This document shows positions 44,659 to 56,239 of a DNA stretch of 64,000 bases, piece after piece. The stretch is from sequence record OP557970.1, one strand, 5' to 3'. Both the position numbers and the translations under genes were made by a program. The number at the start of each line of letters is the position of its first letter. The first letter of the stretch is position 1. The stretch comes from Escherichia phage ph0021. The notes below the pieces were generated by a model, which was given only the letters and a program-made list of their open reading frames with translations, made no database searches and had not been told where the DNA came from.

Positions 44659-46638
44659 ATGACTTTATTATCTCCGGGCATTGAGCTCAAAGAAACCACG
44701 GTTCAAAGCACCGTGGTTAATAACTCTACTGGTACAGCAGCTTTGGCCGGTAAATTCCAGTGGGGTCCTGCTTTTCAGATTAAACAGGTTACAAACGAAG
44801 TAGATTTAGTTAATACTTTTGGTCAACCTACAGCTGAAACTGCTGACTATTTTATGTCTGCGATGAATTTCTTGCAGTACGGAAATGACTTACGAGCAGT
44901 TCGTGCTGTTGATAGAGATACCGCTAAAAACTCATCGCCAATTGCTGGTAATATTGAATACACAATTTCTACCCCAGGTAGTAACTACGCGGTTGGAGAT
45001 AAAATCACGGTCAAATATGTTTCAGATGATATTGAAACTGAAGGTAAAATTACTGAAGTAGACGCAGATGGAAAAATTAAGAAAATTAATATTCCTACTG
45101 CAAAAATTATCGCTAAAGCGAAAGAAGTCGGTGAATATCCGGAATTAGGTTCTAACTGGACTGCGGAAATTTCTTCGTCTTCCTCTGGTTTAGCTGCAGT
45201 AATAACTCTTGGAAAAATTATTACTGATTCTGGTATTTTATTAGCTGAAATTGAAAATGCTGAAGCTGCTATGACAGCGGTTGACTTTCAAGCAAATCTT
45301 AAAAAATACGGAATTCCAGGAGTAGTAGCGCTTTATCCAGGCGAATTGGGCGATAAAATTGAAATTGAAATCGTATCTAAAGCTGACTATGCAAAAGGAG
45401 CTTCTGCATTACTCCCAATTTATCCGGGCGGTGGTACTCGCGCATCTACTGCTAAAGCAGTGTTTGGATATGGACCACAAACTGATTCACAGTACGCTAT
45501 TATAGTTCGTCGCAATGATGCTATTGTTCAAAGCGTTGTTCTTTCAACTAAGCGTGGTGAAAAAGATATTTACGATAGTAACATCTATATCGATGACTTT
45601 TTCGCAAAAGGCGGCTCAGAATATATTTTTGCAACTGCGCAAAACTGGCCAGAAGGCTTCTCTGGAATTTTAACTCTGTCTGGTGGATTATCATCAAATG
45701 CTGAAGTAACAGCAGGAGATTTGATGGAAGCTTGGGACTTCTTTGCTGACCGTGAATCCGTTGATGTTCAGCTGTTTATTGCGGGTTCTTGTGCCGGTGA
45801 ATCTTTAGAAACAGCATCTACTGTCCAAAAACACGTCGTTTCAATTGGGGATGCTCGCCAAGATTGCTTAGTATTGTGCTCTCCTCCGCGTGAAACTGTA
45901 GTTGGAATTCCTGTAACTCGTGCTGTTGACAACTTAGTCAACTGGAGAACCGCAACAGGTTCATACACTGATAATAACTTTAATATCAGTTCAACCTATG
46001 CAGCAATCGACGGCAACTACAAATATCAGTATGACAAATATAATGATGTGAATCGTTGGGTTCCATTAGCAGCTGATATTGCCGGTTTATGCGCAAGAAC
46101 TGATAACGTATCTCAGACTTGGATGTCTCCAGCTGGTTATAATCGTGGTCAGATTCTTAACGTTATTAAACTTGCTATTGAAACCCGCCAGGCTCAGCGC
46201 GACCGTTTATACCAAGAAGCTATCAACCCAGTAACTGGTACAGGTGGCGATGGTTACGTATTGTATGGTGATAAAACAGCTACTTCTGTTCCTTCTCCGT
46301 TTGATCGTATTAACGTTCGTCGTCTGTTTAATATGTTAAAAACGAATATCGGACGTAGTTCAAAATATCGTTTGTTCGAATTAAACAACGCGTTTACTCG
46401 TTCATCATTCCGCACAGAAACTGCCCAATACTTGCAGGGAATTAAAGCTCTCGGTGGAATTTATGAATATCGTGTAGTTTGCGATACAACAAATAATACT
46501 CCGTCAGTAATTGATAGAAATGAGTTTGTTGCAACATTCTACATTCAACCGGCTCGTAGTATAAATTATATCCAACTTAATTTCGTCGCAACTGCTACTG
46601 GTGCAGATTTTGATGAGTTAACTGGTCTTGCAGGTTAA
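44659..46638 (+). CDS. 18: gp18 tail sheath protein
   Basis: 659 aa, T4 gp18 length. Confidence 0.97.
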   Translation: MTLLSPGIELKETTVQSTVVNNSTGTAALAGKFQWGPAFQIKQVTNEVDLVNTFGQPTAETADYFMSAMNFLQYGNDLRAVRAVDRDTAKNSSPIAGNIEYTISTPGSNYAVGDKITVKYVSDDIETEGKITEVDADGKIKKINIPTAKIIAKAKEVGEYPELGSNWTAEISSSSSGLAAVITLGKIITDSGILLAEIENAEAAMTAVDFQANLKKYGIPGVVALYPGELGDKIEIEIVSKADYAKGASALLPIYPGGGTRASTAKAVFGYGPQTDSQYAIIVRRNDAIVQSVVLSTKRGEKDIYDSNIYIDDFFAKGGSEYIFATAQNWPEGFSGILTLSGGLSSNAEVTAGDLMEAWDFFADRESVDVQLFIAGSCAGESLETASTVQKHVVSIGDARQDCLVLCSPPRETVVGIPVTRAVDNLVNWRTATGSYTDNNFNISSTYAAIDGNYKYQYDKYNDVNRWVPLAADIAGLCARTDNVSQTWMSPAGYNRGQILNVIKLAIETRQAQRDRLYQEAINPVTGTGGDGYVLYGDKTATSVPSPFDRINVRRLFNMLKTNIGRSSKYRLFELNNAFTRSSFRTETAQYLQGIKALGGIYEYRVVCDTTNNTPSVIDRNEFVATFYIQPARSINYIQLNFVATATGADFDELTGLAG

Positions 46639-46644
46639 TTGATT

Positions 46645-47283
46645 ATGGGGCTTCGGCCCCTATTCTCGAGGAAACAAGTGATTATTTCTAAGTTTGTTAC
46701 AATAAAACCAAGAAATCATTCAAAAATGTGGTCGACAATTCTGGGATATAAAGTATCATATCATGATACAGTATCTGTTCCAATAGAATTAATGCCAAAG
46801 AATAGTAATAAAATAGTTGACGCTAAATGTGATTTGTGTGGTACTAAATTTAGTAGAAGCATTCAACTTTTAAATAGAACACCCACACATGCATGTAGAA
46901 AATGTAGCATTAAACAAGTTGCTATTAAAAATTCTGAAGTTCAATCTGGAATAAGCAGACCATGGCAAAGAGGTGATAAACATCCTCGATGGACTGGTAA
47001 AAGAAAAGAGTTTGCATTATATGCTAGTAGAGTTCATTCTATAACTAAGTCAGCTAAAATAAGAAAAATCTGGTCAAAATGGCCGAATGCTGATAAAATA
47101 GGAGTGTGTGGCGTAGAAGGTGCTTACCAACTCGATCATAAAGTATCTATCAAATATGGATTTGATAATTTAATTCCGCCGGAAATTATAGCAAGCGTAA
47201 AAAATTTAGAAATAATCACTTGGGAATCTAACCGAGAAAAGTCAAAAAGAAATAGCGTAGATCTTTGGGATTTACTAGAATGA
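46645..47283 (+). CDS. HNH-type endonuclease, probable freestanding homing endonuclease inserted between genes 18 and 19
   Basis: 212 aa from ATG at 46645; N-terminal CxxC...CxxC; C-terminal YQLDHKVSIKYGFDN...NLEIITWESNREKSKRN resembles HNH_3-type motif; T4 has no ORF here. Confidence 0.6.
   Translation: MGLRPLFSRKQVIISKFVTIKPRNHSKMWSTILGYKVSYHDTVSVPIELMPKNSNKIVDAKCDLCGTKFSRSIQLLNRTPTHACRKCSIKQVAIKNSEVQSGISRPWQRGDKHPRWTGKRKEFALYASRVHSITKSAKIRKIWSKWPNADKIGVCGVEGAYQLDHKVSIKYGFDNLIPPEIIASVKNLEIITWESNREKSKRNSVDLWDLLE
46648..46661 (+). other. UUCG-tetraloop hairpin overlapping the start of the HNH ORF
   Basis: GGGGC-UUCG-GCCCC begins 3 nt into the HNH reading frame, just after the gene 18 stop. 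Confidence 0.5.
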
Positions 47284-47289
47284 TTCTAA

Positions 47290-47316
47290 AGGCCTGTTTC
47301 GGCAGGCCATATAAAT
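47290..47316 (+). promoter_or_regulatory. Hairpin plus late promoter (TATAAATA), first of two upstream of gene 19
   Basis: GGCCTG-TTTCGG-CAGGCC at 47290-47307, then TATAAATA at 47309-47316. Confidence 0.5.
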
Positions 47317-47368
47317 ACACTATATCCTTAATTCTTTAATTCTATATGCCCTAGGTTAAACATAGGGA

Positions 47369-47376
47369 TATAAATA
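47369..47376 (+). promoter_or_regulatory. Late promoter (TATAAATA) for gene 19
   Basis: TATAAATA 15 nt upstream of the gp19 ATG, preceded by a short hairpin. Confidence 0.6.
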
Positions 47377-47390
47377 CTACAGAGGCTAAT

Positions 47391-47882
47391 ATGTTTGTAG
47401 ATGATGTAACACGAGCGTTTGAATCTGGTGATTTTGCTCGACCTAACTTATTCCAAGTAGAAATTTCTTATCTTGGACAAAATTTTACGTTTCAATGTAA
47501 AGCCACTGCTTTACCTGCTGGTATTGTAGAAAAAATTCCAGTCGGATTTATGAACCGTAAAATTAACGTAGCAGGCGATCGTACATTCGATGACTGGACT
47601 GTTACAGTAATGAACGATGAAGCTCATGATGCTCGCCAGAAGTTCGTTGATTGGCAAAGCATTGCTGCGGGGCAAGGAAACGAAATTACTGGTGGAAAAC
47701 CTGCAGAGTATAAAAAGAGCGCTATCGTTCGTCAATATGCTCGTGACGCTAAAACAGTAACAAAAGAAATTGAAATTAAAGGTCTGTGGCCTACTAACGT
47801 GGGTGAACTTCAGTTAGATTGGGATTCAAACAATGAAATCCAAACATTTGAAGTAACTCTTGCTCTCGATTATTGGGAATAA
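47391..47882 (+). CDS. 19: gp19 tail tube protein
   Basis: 163 aa, T4 gp19 length. Confidence 0.97.
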   Translation: MFVDDVTRAFESGDFARPNLFQVEISYLGQNFTFQCKATALPAGIVEKIPVGFMNRKINVAGDRTFDDWTVTVMNDEAHDARQKFVDWQSIAAGQGNEITGGKPAEYKKSAIVRQYARDAKTVTKEIEIKGLWPTNVGELQLDWDSNNEIQTFEVTLALDYWE

Positions 47883-47887
47883 AATGA

Positions 47888-49539
<1,652 letters not shown>

Positions 49540-49540
<1 letters not shown>

Positions 49541-49773
49541 TGGAAGGTTTAATTGAAGCTATTAAATCAAACGACCTCGTAGCCGCTCGTAAATTATTTG
49601 CTGAAGCCATGGCTGCAAGAACGATTGATTTAATTAAAGAAGAAAAAATCGCTATCGCTCGTAATTTCTTAATCGAAGGTGAAGAACCTGAAGACGAGGA
49701 TGATGACGAAGATGGTGATGATAAAGACGACAAAAAAGACAAAGACTCTGACGAAGACGAGGATGATGAATAA
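49540..49773 (+). CDS. 67: gp67 prohead core protein
   Basis: 77 aa with acidic C-terminal tail. Confidence 0.9.
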
Positions 49774-50198
49774 TGCTTCTGATCCCTGAAACTCATGAAT
49801 TAGTTCTCGAGAATGTCGAAGCACTTATTCCTGAAGCACAGAGTCGCTTTGACGAATTGTCTTCTGCTTTAAATAAAGACGATATAAATACAATTGTCGA
49901 GAATATGCTTGATGATGAAACTGATTTAGCGGTTGCATTAGCTTCTATTAATGAAAATATGCCGTTAAATGAATTTATCGTTAAACATGTTTCCGCCCGT
50001 GGTGAAATTACTCGCACTAAAGACCGCAAAACGCGTGAACGTAATGCATTTCAAACCACTGGGCTGTCTAAAGCAAAACGTAGACAAATTGCTCGTAAAG
50101 CTACCAAAACGAAGATTGCCAATCCAGCAGGTCAATCTCGTGCTCAGCGTAAGCGTAAAAAAGCTCTTAAACGCCGTAAAGCATTAGGATTAAGCTAA
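49773..50198 (+). CDS. 68: gp68 prohead core protein
   Basis: 141 aa, T4 gp68 length. Confidence 0.9.
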   Translation: MLLIPETHELVLENVEALIPEAQSRFDELSSALNKDDINTIVENMLDDETDLAVALASINENMPLNEFIVKHVSARGEITRTKDRKTRERNAFQTTGLSKAKRRQIARKATKTKIANPAGQSRAQRKRKKALKRRKALGLS

Positions 50199-50836
50199 TG
50201 AATGAACCCCAATTACTAATTGAAACTTGGGGTCAACCTGGCGAAATTATTGATGGCGTACCAATGCTTGAATCTCATGATGGAAAAGACTTAGGTTTAA
50301 AACCGGGTTTATACATCGAAGGAATATTCATGCAAGCGGAAGTCGTCAATAGAAATAAACGTCTTTATCCAAAACGTATATTAGAAAAAGCGGTAAAAGA
50401 CTATATTAATGAGCAAGTTTTAACTAAACAAGCTCTCGGAGAATTAAATCATCCTCCACGCGCTAATGTTGACCCGATGCAAGCCGCTATCATTATAGAA
50501 GATATGTGGTGGAAAGGAAATGACGTATACGGACGAGCTCGTGTTATTGAAGGTGACCATGGTCCTGGAGATAAATTAGCAGCTAATATTCGTGCCGGAT
50601 GGATTCCAGGAGTTTCTTCTCGTGGATTAGGTTCATTGACTGACACGAATAAAGGTTATCGTATCGTAAACGAAGGATTCAAATTAACTGTAGGTGTTGA
50701 TGCAGTATGGGGTCCAAGTGCTCCAGATGCATGGGTAACTCCTAAGGAAATTACCGAATCACAGACGGCGGAAGCCGATACAAGTGCCGATGACGCCTAT
50801 ATGGCTCTCGCAGAGGCCATGAAAAAAGCGTTATAA
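50198..50836 (+). CDS. 21: gp21 prohead core protease
   Basis: 212 aa, T4 gp21 length. Confidence 0.95.
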   Translation: MNEPQLLIETWGQPGEIIDGVPMLESHDGKDLGLKPGLYIEGIFMQAEVVNRNKRLYPKRILEKAVKDYINEQVLTKQALGELNHPPRANVDPMQAAIIIEDMWWKGNDVYGRARVIEGDHGPGDKLAANIRAGWIPGVSSRGLGSLTDTNKGYRIVNEGFKLTVGVDAVWGPSAPDAWVTPKEITESQTAEADTSADDAYMALAEAMKKAL

Positions 50837-50839
50837 ATA
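50832..50839 (+). promoter_or_regulatory. Late promoter (TATAAATA) for gene 22
   Basis: TATAAATA overlapping the gene 21 stop, about 28 nt before the gp22 ATG. Confidence 0.55.
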
Positions 50840-50866
50840 TTATTATCTAAACAACAGGACTACAAA

Positions 50867-51676
50867 ATGCTTAAAGAACAACTGATTGCCGAAGCGCAGA
50901 AAATTGATGCTTCCGTTGCTCTTGATAGTATTTTCGAATCAGTTAATATTTCTCCGGAAGCAAAAGAAACTTTCGGCACTGTATTCGAAGCTACCGTCAA
51001 GCAGCACGCCGTTAAATTAGCTGAATCTCATATCGCTAAAATTGCTGAAAAAGCAGAAGAAGAAGTAGAAAAAAATAAAGAAGAAGCAGAAGAAAAAGCT
51101 GAGAAGAAAATCGCTGAGCAAGCTTCTAAATTCCTTGACCATCTTGCAAAAGAATGGCTCACTGAAAATAAATTAGCAGTTGATAAAGGCATCAAAGCCG
51201 AACTGTTTGAATCCATGCTTGGTGGATTAAAAGAGCTCTTTGTTGAACACAACGTTGTTGTTCCAGAAGAATCAGTTGATGTTGTAGCTGAAATGGAAGA
51301 AGAGCTGCAAGAACATAAAGAAGAATCAGCTCGTCTGTTCGAAGAACTCAATATGCGCGACGCATATATCAATTATGTGCAGCGTGAAGTGGCATTGAGC
51401 GAAAGTACTAAAGATCTGACTGAGTCTCAAAAAGAAAAAGTCTCTGCTCTGGTCGAAGGTATGGATTATTCAGATGAATTCTCAAATAAATTGAGTGCCA
51501 TCGTAGAAATGGTGAAGAAGTCTAATAAAGATGAAAGCACTATTACTGAGGGTATAAATACTCCTGATACTGAAGCAGCCGGACTGAATTTCGTCACTGA
51601 AGCTGTAGAAGATAAATCTGCACAAGGTGCAGAAGATATTGTAAGTGTATATGCGAAAGTCGCATCTCGTTTCTAA
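50867..51676 (+). CDS. 22: gp22 major prohead scaffolding core protein
   Basis: 269 aa, acidic coiled-coil, T4 gp22 length. Confidence 0.95.
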   Translation: MLKEQLIAEAQKIDASVALDSIFESVNISPEAKETFGTVFEATVKQHAVKLAESHIAKIAEKAEEEVEKNKEEAEEKAEKKIAEQASKFLDHLAKEWLTENKLAVDKGIKAELFESMLGGLKELFVEHNVVVPEESVDVVAEMEEELQEHKEESARLFEELNMRDAYINYVQREVALSESTKDLTESQKEKVSALVEGMDYSDEFSNKLSAIVEMVKKSNKDESTITEGINTPDTEAAGLNFVTEAVEDKSAQGAEDIVSVYAKVASRF

Positions 51677-51694
51677 TTTTAAAGGTTAACACAA

Positions 51695-53260
51695 ATGACT
51701 ATCAAAACTAAAGCTGAACTTTTGAACAAATGGAAGCCATTACTGGAAGGTGAAGGTTTACCGGAAATTGCTAATAGCAAACAAGCGATTATCGCTAAAA
51801 TCTTTGAAAACCAGGAAAAAGATTTCCAGACAGCTCCGGAATATAAAGACGAAAAAATTGCTCAGGCATTCGGTTCTTTCTTAACAGAAGCTGAAATCGG
51901 TGGTGACCACAGTTACAATGCTACCAACATCGCTGCAGGTCAGACTTCTGGAGCAGTAACTCAGATTGGCCCAGCTGTTATGGGTATGGTACGTCGTGCT
52001 ATTCCTAACCTGATTGCTTTCGATATTTGTGGTGTTCAGCCAATGAACAGCCCGACTGGCCAGGTATTTGCTCTCCGTGCAGTATATGGTAAAGACCCTA
52101 TCGCTGCTGGCGCTAAAGAAGCTTTCCATCCAATGTATGCCCCAGACGCGATGTTCTCTGGACAGGGTGCTGCTAAGAAATTCCCAGCTCTGGCTGCTGA
52201 CACTACTACTGTTGTAGGTGATATCTATACTCACTTCTTCCAAGAAACTGGTACTGTATATCTGCAAGCTTCTGCTATCGTAACACTTGATTCTAGTGCA
52301 ACTGATGCAGCTAAATTAGATGCAGAAGTTAAGAAACAAATGGAAGCTGGTGCACTGGTAGAAATCGCTGAAGGTATGGCTACTTCTATCGCTGAACTCC
52401 AGGAAGGTTTCAACGGTTCTACCGATAACCCATGGAATGAAATGGGCTTCCGTATCGATAAACAAGTTATCGAAGCTAAATCTCGCCAACTGAAAGCTGC
52501 TTACTCTATCGAATTAGCACAAGACCTCCGTGCTGTTCACGGTATGGATGCTGATGCTGAACTGTCTGGTATTCTGGCTACAGAAATCATGCTGGAAATC
52601 AACCGTGAAGTTGTTGATTGGATTAACTACTCAGCTCAGGTTGGTAAATCTGGTATGACCCTGACTCCGGGTTCTAAAGCTGGCGTATTTGACTTCCAGG
52701 ACCCAATCGATATTCGTGGTGCTCGCTGGGCAGGTGAATCCTTTAAAGCTCTGTTGTTCCAGATTGACAAAGAAGCAGTTGAAATTGCTCGTCAGACCGG
52801 TCGTGGTGAAGGTAACTTCATTATCGCTTCCCGTAACGTAGTTAACGTTCTGGCTTCAGTTGATACCGGCATTTCTTATGCTGCACAGGGTCTGGCTACC
52901 GGCTTTAACACTGATACTACCAAGTCAGTATTTGCTGGTGTTCTGGGTGGTAAATACCGTGTATATATCGACCAGTATGCTAAACAGGATTATTTCACTG
53001 TAGGTTATAAAGGTCCGAACGAAATGGATGCTGGTATTTACTACGCTCCATATGTAGCTCTGACTCCGCTGCGTGGTTCCGATCCGAAGAACTTCCAACC
53101 GGTAATGGGATTCAAAACTCGTTACGGTATCGGTATCAACCCATTTGCAGAATCCGCTGCTCAGGCTCCGGCTTCTCGCATCCAGAGCGGTATGCCTTCT
53201 ATTCTGAATAGCCTTGGTAAAAACGCTTACTTCCGCCGTGTATATGTTAAAGGTATCTAA
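51695..53260 (+). CDS. 23: gp23 major capsid protein precursor
   Basis: 521 aa, T4 gp23 length; uninterrupted. Confidence 0.98.
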   Translation: MTIKTKAELLNKWKPLLEGEGLPEIANSKQAIIAKIFENQEKDFQTAPEYKDEKIAQAFGSFLTEAEIGGDHSYNATNIAAGQTSGAVTQIGPAVMGMVRRAIPNLIAFDICGVQPMNSPTGQVFALRAVYGKDPIAAGAKEAFHPMYAPDAMFSGQGAAKKFPALAADTTTVVGDIYTHFFQETGTVYLQASAIVTLDSSATDAAKLDAEVKKQMEAGALVEIAEGMATSIAELQEGFNGSTDNPWNEMGFRIDKQVIEAKSRQLKAAYSIELAQDLRAVHGMDADAELSGILATEIMLEINREVVDWINYSAQVGKSGMTLTPGSKAGVFDFQDPIDIRGARWAGESFKALLFQIDKEAVEIARQTGRGEGNFIIASRNVVNVLASVDTGISYAAQGLATGFNTDTTKSVFAGVLGGKYRVYIDQYAKQDYFTVGYKGPNEMDAGIYYAPYVALTPLRGSDPKNFQPVMGFKTRYGIGINPFAESAAQAPASRIQSGMPSILNSLGKNAYFRRVYVKGI

Positions 53261-53275
53261 TCTTTGACGATTTAA

Positions 53276-53303
53276 GGGACCTTCGGGTCCCTTTAGTTGT
53301 TTT
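53276..53303 (+). terminator. Rho-independent terminator after gene 23
   Basis: GGGACC-UUCG-GGUCCC followed by UUUAGUUGUUUUU. Confidence 0.6.
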
Positions 53304-53308
53304 TATGG

Positions 53309-53316
53309 TATAAATA
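53309..53316 (+). promoter_or_regulatory. Late promoter (TATAAATA) for gene 24
   Basis: TATAAATA about 28 nt upstream of the gp24 ATG. Confidence 0.6.
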
Positions 53317-53343
53317 AATCATATAAACCAAAAGGAAAGCGCA

Positions 53344-54627
53344 ATGGCTAAAATCAACGAACTTCTGCGCGAATCAACCACAACGAATAGCAACTCAATC
53401 GGTCGCCCAAATCTCGTTGCTTTGACTCGCGCTACCACTAAATTAATATATTCTGACATTGTAGCAACGCAAAGAACTAATCAACCTGTTGCTGCTTTTT
53501 ATGGTATCAAATACCTTAACCCAGACAACGAATTTACATTTAAAACTGGTGCTACTTATGCTGGCGAAGCTGGATATGTAGACCGAGAACAAATCACAGA
53601 ATTAACAGAAGAGTCTAAATTAACTCTCAATAAAGGCGATTTATTCAAATATAATAATATCGTTTATAAAGTATTAGAAGATACACCATTTGCTGATATT
53701 GAAGAAAGCGATTTAGAATTAGCTCTTCAGATTGCAATCGTTCTTTTAAAGGTTCGTCTATTTTCTGATGCAGCGTCAACAAGCAAATTTGAAAGCTCTG
53801 ATAGCGAAATTGCTGATGCTAGATTCCAGATTAATAAATGGCAAACCGCAGTTAAATCTCGTAAACTTAAAACTGGTATCACAGTTGAATTAGCACAAGA
53901 TTTAGAAGCAAACGGATTCGATGCTCCTAATTTCTTGGAAGATTTGCTTGCAACCGAAATGGCAGATGAAATCAATAAAGATATTCTGCAGTCTTTGATT
54001 ACAGTATCAAAACGTTATAAAGTTACAGGAATTACTGATACTGGATTCATTGATTTGAGTTATGCATCTGCACCTGAAGCTGGTCGTTCATTATACCGAA
54101 TGGTGTGTGAAATGGTTTCACATATCCAGAAAGAATCAACTTATACTGCAACGTTCTGTGTTGCTTCAGCTCGTGCTGCTGCGATTCTTGCTGCATCAGG
54201 TTGGTTAAAACATAAACCAGAAGATGATAAATATCTTTCACAAAATGCCTACGGGTTCTTAGCTAATGGTTTACCGCTTTATTGCGATACTAACAGCCCA
54301 TTAGATTATGTAATCGTTGGTGTGGTAGAAAATATTGGCGAAAAAGAAATTGTTGGGTCAATTTTCTATGCTCCGTATACAGAAGGTCTTGACTTAGATG
54401 ACCCTGAACATGTAGGTGCATTTAAAGTTGTAGTTGATCCAGAAAGTTTGCAGCCATCTATCGGTTTATTAGTTAGATATGCTTTATCTGCAAATCCTTA
54501 TACTGTAGCAAAAGATGAAAAAGAAGCAAGAGTAATTGATGGTGGAGACATGGATAAAATGGCGGGTCGTTCAGATTTGTCTGTTTTATTAGGCGTTAAG
54601 CTACCAAAAATTATTGTTGATGAATAA
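53344..54627 (+). CDS. 24: gp24 capsid vertex protein
   Basis: 427 aa, T4 gp24 length; follows gene 23 after only 83 bp. Confidence 0.95.
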   Translation: MAKINELLRESTTTNSNSIGRPNLVALTRATTKLIYSDIVATQRTNQPVAAFYGIKYLNPDNEFTFKTGATYAGEAGYVDREQITELTEESKLTLNKGDLFKYNNIVYKVLEDTPFADIEESDLELALQIAIVLLKVRLFSDAASTSKFESSDSEIADARFQINKWQTAVKSRKLKTGITVELAQDLEANGFDAPNFLEDLLATEMADEINKDILQSLITVSKRYKVTGITDTGFIDLSYASAPEAGRSLYRMVCEMVSHIQKESTYTATFCVASARAAAILAASGWLKHKPEDDKYLSQNAYGFLANGLPLYCDTNSPLDYVIVGVVENIGEKEIVGSIFYAPYTEGLDLDDPEHVGAFKVVVDPESLQPSIGLLVRYALSANPYTVAKDEKEARVIDGGDMDKMAGRSDLSVLLGVKLPKIIVDE

Positions 54628-54633
54628 AACAAA

Positions 54634-54654
54634 GGGACCGAAAGGTCCCTTTTT
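54634..54654. terminator. Bidirectional rho-independent terminator between gene 24 and rnlB
   Basis: GGGACC-GAAA-GGUCCC flanked by A-run on one side and T-run on the other, between convergent genes. Confidence 0.6.
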
Positions 54655-54656
54655 AT

Positions 54657-55661
54657 TTAGCTCACCAACTCAATCCAAGCTGGACGAAGTACATCTTGTA
54701 CCATTTTAACTAATTCCTTTTTAATCAAAGAAGGATTATCTGCTTGAGTTAGAGTAATACCTTCACGAGAAGTTTCTTCCAAAATATCTTGAACAGTTAA
54801 TCCCATCACCTTTCCAAAATCTTTTGGACCAATTTCACCAATTTTAGAAATAACGTTATTTACTCGGTTCAGTGTAACGTAGCAAGCTAAAATTCCCAGC
54901 AATTTATTATCAGCTTCTGACAGCTCAACTTTAGCTTTAATAGGCTTATCAGACTTTTTCTTTTCACTAAATTTGGAATTCTTGCATTTAATAGCTACAC
55001 GATTGCCATTAGGCATCCAAGAAGGATAACAAGGTTTCAATACATATCCTTCAGCGGTAAATACTTCGCCTTTTGCTTCGGCATTCCAAACGCATTTATT
55101 TGCATCAACTAATCCAGCATGGTCTACTGTAAAATTATAATCTTGGACGACAGAATCTAAATCATTTGGCAATTTAATAAGCTCTTCAAATTTACCGCGA
55201 CCTAAAAGTGGAGCCATTTTAAATTTAAATGTATTGCAGAATGATTCCATCATATAATCGTCGACATAAGTCACATCACCACTTTCTGTAGTGACAATAA
55301 TGTCAAATACATAAAAATCTTTATCGCCATAATCAACATTCTTCTGAATGCCAGGTCCAGCGAATTCGCCAAAGACTTGATAAGATACAACAGCTGAGGT
55401 TTCCATAATATCTTGTACTGCTTTAATGGAATCAGCGTAATTCTTTAGAATAATTTCATACCCAAAGAAATCTTCAGCAGGAAGAATCGGTCCAGTACGT
55501 TTAGCGCAAGTTACTTTATCACGCTCAATAATCAATGAGAAATTTGTACCATGAATCTTTTCACGAGCTACCCACTCGCCGCCAGTCAATCCCAAGCTAT
55601 AAAGTTTTTCAATAAATTTAGAGTTGTAATGATTTTCAAGACTGCTATACTTTTTAAACAT
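54657..55661 (-). CDS. rnlB: RNA ligase 2
   Basis: 334 aa; ligase motif I KIHGTN; T4 Rnl2 length and position. Confidence 0.95.
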   Translation of the reverse strand: MFKKYSSLENHYNSKFIEKLYSLGLTGGEWVAREKIHGTNFSLIIERDKVTCAKRTGPILPAEDFFGYEIILKNYADSIKAVQDIMETSAVVSYQVFGEFAGPGIQKNVDYGDKDFYVFDIIVTTESGDVTYVDDYMMESFCNTFKFKMAPLLGRGKFEELIKLPNDLDSVVQDYNFTVDHAGLVDANKCVWNAEAKGEVFTAEGYVLKPCYPSWMPNGNRVAIKCKNSKFSEKKKSDKPIKAKVELSEADNKLLGILACYVTLNRVNNVISKIGEIGPKDFGKVMGLTVQDILEETSREGITLTQADNPSLIKKELVKMVQDVLRPAWIELVS

Positions 55662-55670
55662 AATTAATCC

Positions 55671-55949
55671 TCAAAATGTAATTTCTAACCAATCACCATC
55701 ACGCTGATCACTATTGACTTTAAAGCTAAATCCTTCTTTTCTCAGCCAATCACCAATTTCTTCAGTAATCAATTTATCGCGAGCAGTACAATAATAATTA
55801 AAATGTGTTTTACCTTGTTCAGCTGCTTTATTAGCAAGTTCCGAAAAATCTTTAATAAAACACTCTAGCTTAAACTGTTTACTTTTGAATGCTTTTTCTC
55901 GTAATTGATTAGCAAAAGATTCATTTTCATAAAGATCATACTGTTCCAT
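55671..55949 (-). CDS. Hypothetical protein (92 aa) between rnlB and hoc
   Basis: ORF track; position of T4 24.x ORFs. Confidence 0.5.
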   Translation of the reverse strand: MEQYDLYENESFANQLREKAFKSKQFKLECFIKDFSELANKAAEQGKTHFNYYCTARDKLITEEIGDWLRKEGFSFKVNSDQRDGDWLEITF

Positions 55950-55952
55950 TTT

Positions 55953-56150
55953 TCACCTTTTATTAATATGTCTTTTTCTATAGACAACTTTTTCTCGAGT
56001 TTCAAATTTATTCTTAGCAGTCATAGCTCGAGCCCATAATACAGCCACTTCTTTTGCCTGTAAGTTTAATTCACGAGCAATTTCAATGAATGACTTTCCA
56101 GACTCATGAAGAGTAAACACCACAACCTCAGTTCTCATAATCAATCTCAT
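55953..56150 (-). CDS. Small basic protein, possible helix-turn-helix (65 aa)
   Basis: ORF with FIEIARELNLQAKEVAVLWARA helix-turn-helix-like segment. Confidence 0.45.
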   Translation of the reverse strand: MRLIMRTEVVVFTLHESGKSFIEIARELNLQAKEVAVLWARAMTAKNKFETREKVVYRKRHINKR

Positions 56151-56204
56151 GTTATCGAGTTGATGCCATTATATACATCATTTTCTGATTGTGTTTTGTG
56201 TGCT

Positions 56205-56233
56205 TTCAAAATGAAGAAAGGGGCCGAAGCCCC
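56205..56233 (-). terminator. Rho-independent terminator after hoc (UUCG tetraloop)
   Basis: Minus strand GGGGC-UUCG-GCCCC followed by UUUCUUCAUUUUG. Confidence 0.5.
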
Positions 56234-56239
56234 TTATGA

